The position numbers were made by a program, and so were the translations under genes. From Bdellovibrionales bacterium (lineage in GTDB: Bacteria > Bdellovibrionota > Bdellovibrionia > Bdellovibrionales > UBA1609): 64,000 nt of DNA. Below the pieces are notes generated by a model. It worked only from the letters and a program-made list of their open reading frames with translations. It had not been told where the DNA came from and did not search any database. Below, in pieces: positions 50,566 to 58,025 of the stretch (position 1 is the first letter of the stretch; the number at the start of each line of letters is the position of its first letter). The DNA is taken from NCBI GenBank assembly GCA_965261545.1, contig CBDHDF010000011.1, forward strand, positions 448,001-512,000, read 5' to 3'.

Positions 50566-51432
50566 ATGAAGATAAAACAAAGTCAACTAGAAATGATTCA
50601 GGATCAAATGGAAATGAATCATAAACAAATAGGCATGAACCAAAAACAAATAAAATCCATTCAAAGTCAATTGAAAGAAAGGAGAGGACGACCCAAGGGT
50701 GTTATTCTCACAGAAAGAGATATAAAGATACTTCAATTTATTTTTGAGCATAAAGTTGTAAGTCGAGATCAGATCAACATTTATTTTTTTGATGGTGCCT
50801 CTAAGAGCACAGTTAATGGCAGGCTTAAAAAGATATTTGAACTTGGGCTTATTCAAAGAATGCTTATTGAGCAAGGGAAAAGGGTGATTTACACCTATAG
50901 TCTCACACCCAATGGCTTTAACAAAGTTAAACCCCTCATAGCCTATGGCACCCAAGGAAAAGTGACTAAAAGTTACGCTCCTTTGCACGATATGATTCTC
51001 GTGGATATCAGAAAAGCTTTTGAGTTCAAAGATTCTGTAAAGAACTACTGTACGGAAAATATCCTTCAGAGTTGCCCGAAAATTGCAGATGAGTACCAGG
51101 GGTTTGTCAATCTCAAAAGCGATGGAGTTGTCTGTGTTGAAACCAAAGTGGGTATTTTAAATTTAGCTGTTGAGTTTGATTCCTGTGTAAAGTCTAAGAA
51201 GAGATATCACAAGAAGATAGATGCCTACTACTGGGAATCAAAGGTTCATGGGGTTTTGTATATCTGCGCAACTTCATATGTCTTAAATGCTTTGCATAAA
51301 GTGGAAAGGGAAGTTTCCCAAAAGCACCAATGCTCATCGAAGATATACTTTGCACTTCTGAATGAGATCACTATGGATAAGAAGGAATTGATATTTAGAG
51401 ATATTGAGAATTACATCTTCAGGGTTCGATAG
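50566..51432 (+). CDS. Replic_Relax-family (replication-relaxation) protein, probable relaxase
   Basis: LTERD..IL wHTH start, YSLT..G, HD, SDG, LAVEFD...K...Y..KI..Y. Follows the coupling protein. Confidence 0.7.
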   Translation: MKIKQSQLEMIQDQMEMNHKQIGMNQKQIKSIQSQLKERRGRPKGVILTERDIKILQFIFEHKVVSRDQINIYFFDGASKSTVNGRLKKIFELGLIQRMLIEQGKRVIYTYSLTPNGFNKVKPLIAYGTQGKVTKSYAPLHDMILVDIRKAFEFKDSVKNYCTENILQSCPKIADEYQGFVNLKSDGVVCVETKVGILNLAVEFDSCVKSKKRYHKKIDAYYWESKVHGVLYICATSYVLNALHKVEREVSQKHQCSSKIYFALLNEITMDKKELIFRDIENYIFRVR

Positions 51433-51672
51433 GTTATCTATGGGTCCTGTCGGCACCTACTGTTGAGTACCTGTCACTGAATCCTAGAAAAAATCTGTAA
51501 CCTATTGAAATCATGATAATCTTGCTCTGGAGGCGAAAAGTAGTCATAAGATTTCACATATTCAAATAAAAATCACTTTCGAGAGTCATCTTAAGAGCAT
51601 CTAATAATCACTTACAATTATCTATAGTCATTTTAACAAGGACGAATAACCTTTTAATAAGGAGAAATAACC

Positions 51673-52272
51673 ATGGAGAATAGAATTAAAATTTATTTGA
51701 TAATGGGAAGTCTATTGATATCTTCTTGCGCTTCCACTCAGAAATCTGTGTTTACAGGTATGGGGGTTGGAGCCATGACCGGTGCTGCTACAGGAATTAT
51801 CATCAATAAAAGGAACAAGGAAAAGTGGGCTTTACAGGGCCTTGTCATAGGAGCTACATTGGGAGGTTCTAGTGCTTATGTTGTTCACCACTCCCTGAAG
51901 AAGAGGGATGAAAAAATCAAAAAAGAAACCCTACTCCGGTTTAATGAGTTCATGTCATCCATGTCTTTTGAAGGAGATTCTAGAGGAAGACCAAGACAGA
52001 ACACCAAGGAAAGAGGAGTTAAAGACTTCAAAGTTGCAACTCCTGAAGTCGATAAGAATTGTTCTGATTGGGAGATTAAAGGAAATCGGCTTGTCGAAGG
52101 GCACTGTGTGTGGGTCATCCATGGGCAGTCTTTTTGGCTGCCAGTCTCAGGTCTCTCTTCCTCCTTCCCTTCCACACCATCTGGTTCTCTCCATCCTCCC
52201 CATTCTCCGAGATCACCGAAAACTAGTTGGAAGGCAATGCATCAAAGAGTTCCACAGAAGGCCCACAGATGA
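51673..52272 (+). CDS. glycine-zipper lipoprotein
   Basis: Lipobox ISSC and GxxxGAxxGA repeats. Confidence 0.65.
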   Translation: MENRIKIYLIMGSLLISSCASTQKSVFTGMGVGAMTGAATGIIINKRNKEKWALQGLVIGATLGGSSAYVVHHSLKKRDEKIKKETLLRFNEFMSSMSFEGDSRGRPRQNTKERGVKDFKVATPEVDKNCSDWEIKGNRLVEGHCVWVIHGQSFWLPVSGLSSSFPSTPSGSLHPPHSPRSPKTSWKAMHQRVPQKAHR

Positions 52273-52769
52273 AGGAAGAACATCCAAAAGTCATGGAAAA
52301 GAAGGGTATATTCGAAAAGAATCATCAAGGAGCCATGGAGAAAAGTCAACAAGGAGCCATAGAAAAGAGTCAAAAAGAAAGGATAGAAAGTATAGAGAGT
52401 AATAGGTGTAAGAAAAAGAGTGCTGCCTGTAGAATCCTATTAAATGAGAAATCCTCAGGTTTTCTTGCTCAACTTATTGAGAGATTGAAGGAAGATTCAT
52501 GCAAAACAGATACCTCTAAAGTTGTAAATTCTATTTTAAGAATCTTCTTTCAGAAGTATGAACATTTAGAGCGTGAGCACCTTGTTCATGAATTCTTCGA
52601 TAAGAAAAGCTACCTTAAGAAAATCATCCAAAGTGTTTCCGATGAAGAACTGGATAACTCCATTGAGACCTATTTAGGAAAGGTCAGTCATCATCAGGGG
52701 CATGGGAAGGGAAAGTCAAAACGAAGATCAAAAACTAACGATGGTTCAAATAACAATAAAGACTGTTAA
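52227..52769 (+). CDS. hypothetical protein (likely start 52269)
   Basis: Co-oriented ORF with a repetitive N-terminus and helical core. Confidence 0.5.
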   Translation: MEGNASKSSTEGPQMKEEHPKVMEKKGIFEKNHQGAMEKSQQGAIEKSQKERIESIESNRCKKKSAACRILLNEKSSGFLAQLIERLKEDSCKTDTSKVVNSILRIFFQKYEHLEREHLVHEFFDKKSYLKKIIQSVSDEELDNSIETYLGKVSHHQGHGKGKSKRRSKTNDGSNNNKDC

Positions 52770-52919
52770 AAATCGAATAAATCTGGAGCCTAATGAGAGC
52801 CTGGAATCGAATGAACCTGTAAATTTAATGAATCCAAGAAATCAGAAAATCATATCAACAATGAAGCAATGAACATTTCAAATCTAACAATGAATCTTTC
52901 AAATTAAGGAGTCAACACA

Positions 52920-53870
52920 ATGGATAAACTTATTTTATTAACGATCGTTCTTATATCAATGATACTTTCTTCCTGTGACACATTGGAAGAGGCCCCACGG
53001 AAAGAACCCCAAGAAATCACGAAGGAGGGCATAGAAGGCCCAGAAGGTGCAAAAGAGGGTGAAGGTGAAGATTCTGGGGCAGAGGCCACGGAAGAGCCTG
53101 AAAAGGCCATCATTGACGTTATTTTTGAAAACACGGTGGTGGATCAAGACACTTTCGTGGGTGATGTTAAGGTGGGAGATGAAATCATCATTCACCTTGA
53201 AGGTGGCGTAAAGACAGTGCCAAAGTTCTCAAAAATCTATAGCAAAACGGTGACTTCTTCATGGATCAAGTCTCAATGCGAATTGAGTCACATAAATGTT
53301 TCTCAAAAGAAAGGTGGGAAGGTGCATGACTGCATTGAGATTAAAGAATACGGGGATTGCAATATTTTCCGCCGTGACTATGTTGGCGAGGTAGAATCTC
53401 CTATTGTTGAGTTTGCAAGGGAGTCTGAAAATATTCCCGTATACTTTACCCTTGGAGGAAAGCCTTACAGCCTTGACAAGATCAATTTCCCTGAAGGATC
53501 TTCTGATGAATCTTCTGTCACGGGCTCCCTAAAAATCACTGAGGGAATGGTTCAAGAACCTGGGATGCTTTATCTTCAGCCTGTAAATACATCTGAAGAA
53601 ATAGTAAAGGTTGGTTTTTTGGGCTATGGCCATTGCCCAAACAGAAATAAAAGGGAGTTTCAGATCAGTCCACCCACGGCCCTGCAATTCCATGAAGTGA
53701 GCAACCATGTGAGAAGAAGGTTCCAAGTGAATCTTAGCATCATCAGAAGTCCCAGTCTCAGACCCTCCACCTCCAGCCTCAAACCCAATGAGGGGCAAAA
53801 GAGTTTCCATTTTTCCACTTATGGTAAAGAGCCTTTAATTGAATCATCTCAGGGAGGCTCTCCAGAGTGA
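52920..53870 (+). CDS. hypothetical lipoprotein
   Basis: AAGGAG RBS, lipobox LSSC, acidic linker. Confidence 0.7.
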   Translation: MDKLILLTIVLISMILSSCDTLEEAPRKEPQEITKEGIEGPEGAKEGEGEDSGAEATEEPEKAIIDVIFENTVVDQDTFVGDVKVGDEIIIHLEGGVKTVPKFSKIYSKTVTSSWIKSQCELSHINVSQKKGGKVHDCIEIKEYGDCNIFRRDYVGEVESPIVEFARESENIPVYFTLGGKPYSLDKINFPEGSSDESSVTGSLKITEGMVQEPGMLYLQPVNTSEEIVKVGFLGYGHCPNRNKREFQISPPTALQFHEVSNHVRRRFQVNLSIIRSPSLRPSTSSLKPNEGQKSFHFSTYGKEPLIESSQGGSPE

Positions 53871-54642
53871 TTGACTCAGAGTTTTTCAACATAAAGGTGC
53901 TGTCAATGGCACTCCTGAGTTCAGCAACATTCCCTGGCCAGTCATAAAGCTTCAAAGCTGTAAGAGCGTCTGGTTGTATGCCTATGGTTCTGTTGGGGGG
54001 AGACTTTGCTTTAATAAAAAAATGAATAAGGCTTTCAATATCATCCCTCCTCTCCCTTAGAGGAGGGACCCAAATGGTAGCGAAGCTTAAGATATCCAGT
54101 AATTCTTTTAGGAACGTTCTTTGTGTCACCATCATTTCTAGATCACAGCTCGATGTTGCTATGATTTGGGTATGACATGTGACCTCCTCACTCCTTTCAA
54201 GAGAAAAAAACTTCTTTTTTCTAAGTAACTCTGCCAACTCTTTCTGTGCTCTCAAATCAAGGGAGTCCACGTCATTAAGAAGCAATGTGCTTTTGCCTAA
54301 AACCTCAAGCCAGCCGGGGCTAATAATGAGATAGCCTCTAGGTGCCCCGACATCATACCCCAATAATTCTTCTGTAAAGTTCTGGACAAGAAAATTGGGG
54401 CAATGAACAGAAAAAAGGGGGCTGTATCGGCGGCTGGATTTTTTATGAATGACATGGGCCACTTGCTTTTTGCCAGCCCCTTTTTCCCCTCGAATCAAAA
54501 TCGGAGTATCCATAAGACTGATTTGGTGAATTTCCTTAGAGAGTTGGCTTATTTTCTGAGAAGAACCTATAAGGCTCACCCCAAGGTTATGTTTTGGGGG
54601 AGTTCTTCTTGCTTTTTTGTATAAACCTATAATTTTCTGCAT
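53779..54642 (-). CDS. degenerate sigma54-interaction AAA+ protein with no receiver and no clear HTH
   Basis: LIGSS, GEKGAGK, VPPLRERRDDI and YDWPGNVAEL are kept. GAFTGA is replaced by GAPRGY and Walker B by LLNDV. Confidence 0.8.
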   Translation of the reverse strand: MQKIIGLYKKARRTPPKHNLGVSLIGSSQKISQLSKEIHQISLMDTPILIRGEKGAGKKQVAHVIHKKSSRRYSPLFSVHCPNFLVQNFTEELLGYDVGAPRGYLIISPGWLEVLGKSTLLLNDVDSLDLRAQKELAELLRKKKFFSLERSEEVTCHTQIIATSSCDLEMMVTQRTFLKELLDILSFATIWVPPLRERRDDIESLIHFFIKAKSPPNRTIGIQPDALTALKLYDWPGNVAELRSAIDSTFMLKNSESITLESLPEMIQLKALYHKWKNGNSFAPHWV

Positions 54643-54752
54643 TTTGATGCTCTTATTTTTGGATGACCAAGTATCTTGTTCAATCGACGTGTCAGCTTAT
54701 CAGAAGCGTAAGTTTATGGGATAGAAACAGTGCTATTCGCTTACTCTGAGAC

Positions 54753-54803
54753 GTTCGTCATAGCGAATTTTACACTTAGCACGAAATGTTCGCTATAGCG
54801 AAC
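54753..54803. promoter_or_regulatory. operator pair upstream of an Xre gene
   Basis: Perfect palindrome GTTCGCTATAGCGAAC (54788-54803) and degenerate GTTCGTCATAGCGAAT (54753-54768). Confidence 0.65.
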
Positions 54804-54836
54804 TATAACGCAATGTAGAAGAGATAAGCTTAACCT

Positions 54837-55064
54837 GTGGACGAGATTGATTTAGAAATAAAAAAACTTGAACTTGGCGAAGCCATTGCCGTTTTTAGGA
54901 GAAAAAAAGGGCTTTCTTTGACAAGGTTAGCCTATGAGGCTGGTGTTTCTAAGGGAAATTTATCAGATATTGAAAAAGGCAAAAAAGACCCTAGACTTTC
55001 CTCTTTACTACTCATCGCAAACGGGCTGGATATTTCAGTGTCAGTGCTATTCAAGTCAATTTAA
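54837..55064 (+). CDS. Xre/C-protein-like HTH regulator
   Basis: RRKKGLSLTRLAYEAGVSKGNLSDIEKGKKDP. Confidence 0.85.
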   Translation: MDEIDLEIKKLELGEAIAVFRRKKGLSLTRLAYEAGVSKGNLSDIEKGKKDPRLSSLLLIANGLDISVSVLFKSI

Positions 55065-55166
55065 TTGACACGCTGAGCCTAGATTCAGCTCGGAATAACT
55101 ATTTTGTAGATAAAATAGTCTTTCATACCTACATGAATTCTTCAATAAGCCATTTATTATGTCTAT

Positions 55167-55472
55167 ATGGCGAACCCTAAAAAATTGTCTGCCACCAAAG
55201 GAACCGCTTCACGCCAACGGAAGAATTCATTTGCAAGCAATGAGCTGCGAGTTCTTAAAAGTTTTGGTAGGCAAGTCAACTATGACATATCGCATGATAT
55301 TGACTCCAAGCGTCCAGTAGAGCAGCTTTCTTTTGACGCAGATATATCGCGAGCTGCTATCTATGAAATAACTGCGGGCAGAGGTAACCCCAAGTTAATC
55401 ACTATGTATCGTTTGGCAAGAAGCCTTGGCTATAAAAAGCTAAGTGATTTACTCATATCTTCTGGACTCTAG
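55167..55472 (+). CDS. Xre-like HTH protein
   Basis: EQLSFDADISRAAIYEITAGRGNPKL. Palindrome ACTATTTT-N6-AAAATAGT upstream at 55098-55119. Confidence 0.7.
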   Translation: MANPKKLSATKGTASRQRKNSFASNELRVLKSFGRQVNYDISHDIDSKRPVEQLSFDADISRAAIYEITAGRGNPKLITMYRLARSLGYKKLSDLLISSGL

Positions 55473-55534
55473 TCGATCCGCTCACAAGATAAGATGTGGT
55501 TTCGTAGTTTTATTCCAAGAACAATCTTATTATT

Positions 55535-55771
55535 TCAATAAATAATGGTCATGTAGTTTATGATCTTGCCATTTTCTTCCGTTTCTTTGGGCATACAGTA
55601 TAGATCGTATAATTTTATTGATTTTTTCTTGAGTGCTTCATTTTTCTCTACGAAGATGAGCCGCAATAGACTGTCTTCAAAAGTATTAGATATTATTCTC
55701 TTGTGATGAGATTTTCCACCTATAACGAGCATTTCTAACTCTTTTTTTCTAAGATGGTGCTTGATATGCAT
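55535..55771 (-). CDS. hypothetical protein
   Basis: AGGAGG RBS, 78 aa. Confidence 0.5.
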   Translation of the reverse strand: MHIKHHLRKKELEMLVIGGKSHHKRIISNTFEDSLLRLIFVEKNEALKKKSIKLYDLYCMPKETEENGKIINYMTIIY

Positions 55772-55798
55772 TCTAACCTCCTATGAGTGAAGAATTAA

Positions 55799-56080
55799 TT
55801 ATTTAGAGCCTTCTTTAATATTACCAGATGGCTCTTTAGTCATAGATGAAGCATCGCAACAGGTTCGAAGTATTTCTTCTTGAATAGATAGGTCTTCGGC
55901 AAGAAGCTTTATAAGCTTACCTACCCCAAAGAATTCGTCTGGAGACATACAGCTATGTTGTGATTGAAACTCAAAAAGAGAGCCTAGCCCATTGAATCCA
56001 CTTTGAATCTCAAAGAGTCGGTGACAAATATTCTTAAGTTTATCTTTTGTTAAATGTTCAAATTTTTCCATGGATTCCAT
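55799..56080 (-). CDS. hypothetical protein
   Basis: 93-aa helical ORF co-oriented with 55535-55771. Confidence 0.5.
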   Translation of the reverse strand: MESMEKFEHLTKDKLKNICHRLFEIQSGFNGLGSLFEFQSQHSCMSPDEFFGVGKLIKLLAEDLSIQEEILRTCCDASSMTKEPSGNIKEGSK

Positions 56081-56426
56081 CCGTTATTTTTGAGTGTGGT
56101 TCTTCTGAATGTGGTTGCGGCCATGGCCTACACCCATTTTGGCCGTTTTGAAAAGGGCCAAACTTTATTTTTTTGCCCATCGTCAAAAAAAATCCTCAGA
56201 ATGGGGGTTTTTGAGCCTTCATGCCCCATTAAGTTCATAAGATAGGGGATTTCCCAATCTTCAAGCCCCCATGAACCCAACCCAGTTTTCAATCTATCAC
56301 GGTGCTCTAGCCAACGCAATTTATGAACCCACCTACGGGACCTAACTTAACCCACACCACACCTATGAAGGAGGTATTTCATGATTCATTCAATATTTTT
56401 TTCAATGTCTTTTTTGCAAGAGGCTT

Positions 56427-57512
56427 ATGCTTAACAAAAATATATTAGGGAAAGATTTCTTCAGTGAAGATCATTGCTGGCAATACGAAATGAGAAAAAA
56501 GAACCTCGCCAAGGACCTAAAAATGGTCGGTCTTACTTATAATGAAATGTCTAAACTTCGAGTCTCTCACTTTGATTTTTTCCATGTTTCAAAAAGTAAT
56601 AAAGAAATGTGTAAAAAAGTGAAAGCCTTTATTCTTCACCATGAATGGCTTGGCAAAATGCCCCATCGTCCTACCCATCGCTTTATAGCGACCTACAAAG
56701 GACAATTGGCTGGTGCAATTGTGATGGCCACGCCCAATGCATTTTCTCATCTTTTGGGTAAAGAAAATCGTGACAAAGAGAAGCTTATCAGTCGGGGAGC
56801 TTGTATTTCTTGGAGCCCCAAGAATCTGGCAAGTTCCCTTGTAATGTTTTCTGTCCGCTGGATGGTGAAAAACACTTCCTATCGTTATTTCTCAGCCTAT
56901 TCAGACACTGAAGCCAGAGAGATGGGAACTATCTACCAAGCTTCTAATTTTATTTATCTAGGACAAAATTCAGGGGCACGTTTTGAATATTATGACCCTC
57001 ATGACCCCGAAAAGGGTTGGTTCAGTGACCGGAGGTTTAGAAAAATAAGTAGTTATAAGAAATATGCCCTTGCTCTTGGCATTCATTGGAAGAGTGACTG
57101 GAACAATAGGGATCATATCCATTGGGAGCGAATTCCCGAGGCTCTTGTGACTCAACTTAGAGAAGCCTCAAGAAAATATCAAGCTTGTTGCCAACGTCGT
57201 AGGCTTCCAAGAAAGCATAAGTATGTCTACATCTTAGGAAAGAGCAAAAGGGAGACCAAGAAACTCCTAAAAATCTTTAAGGACAGAAATTCAGAGAAGC
57301 AAAATTTGGTTTATCCCAAATTTCGAGGACCACAAATGAATCAAGGGTTACAAGTGAGCCGAGAGTTACAAATGAATTGGCCTGTTCATATGAAACTCAA
57401 GTTTATGCGGCCGTTCATTTCACAAGACGATGATTCAGAAAATTCAAAAACTTCAGAAACTATGGATGGTGTTATTGACAAAATGGCCGACTCCATGGTG
57501 GCCATAAAGTAA
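56427..57512 (+). CDS. Mom-like (GNAT-fold) DNA modification protein
   Basis: FILHHEWLG, ISRG, KNLAS, AYSD...GTIYQASNFIYLG and RKHKYVY resemble the phage Mu Mom family. Confidence 0.65.
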   Translation: MLNKNILGKDFFSEDHCWQYEMRKKNLAKDLKMVGLTYNEMSKLRVSHFDFFHVSKSNKEMCKKVKAFILHHEWLGKMPHRPTHRFIATYKGQLAGAIVMATPNAFSHLLGKENRDKEKLISRGACISWSPKNLASSLVMFSVRWMVKNTSYRYFSAYSDTEAREMGTIYQASNFIYLGQNSGARFEYYDPHDPEKGWFSDRRFRKISSYKKYALALGIHWKSDWNNRDHIHWERIPEALVTQLREASRKYQACCQRRRLPRKHKYVYILGKSKRETKKLLKIFKDRNSEKQNLVYPKFRGPQMNQGLQVSRELQMNWPVHMKLKFMRPFISQDDDSENSKTSETMDGVIDKMADSMVAIK

Positions 57513-57519
57513 GGCATTT

Positions 57520-58017
57520 GTGGTTGTTCCAAAAAGGAAACCCATAAGCTTCGATTCATCGGGAGGACATTGTCATGCATGGGAAGAGCATTGTCATTCG
57601 CCAGAAAAACGTAGGAACTCGCTGGGAAAATACGACAATTCACCAGAAAAATATGACAACTTATCGAAAAATCATGGCAATTTGTCGGGGAGAAATCAGA
57701 GTTCGGGAAGACATTGCAGAAAGTGCCAAAAATTTAAAGATTGGGAGGGTTTTCACCGAAAACCCTTGGGCCACCAAGGGCGTGACAGCCAGTGCAAGGA
57801 GTGTCGAAAAAAGGCACAAGTCAGGCGAAGAAAAGAAAGAAGGAAAGAAATGCAGAAAATCAAAAAGCAAGAGTATAGGGAAAGGCATATTCACATCAAT
57901 GGTAATGACCTCACTGTGGAAAGTATCATTGTGGGCGAACCAAGCCCGGATCTTCTTGTGGATGTTGCCATGATGATTGCCCACGCCTATCTTTATCGGG
58001 GAGTTCCACATGACTAA
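57520..58017 (+). CDS. CxxC...CxxC zinc-finger protein upstream of the integrase
   Basis: CRKC...F.RK...DSQCKEC, similar to 7096-7416. Confidence 0.6.
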   Translation: MVVPKRKPISFDSSGGHCHAWEEHCHSPEKRRNSLGKYDNSPEKYDNLSKNHGNLSGRNQSSGRHCRKCQKFKDWEGFHRKPLGHQGRDSQCKECRKKAQVRRRKERRKEMQKIKKQEYRERHIHINGNDLTVESIIVGEPSPDLLVDVAMMIAHAYLYRGVPHD

Positions 58018-58025
58018 ACGAGGAG

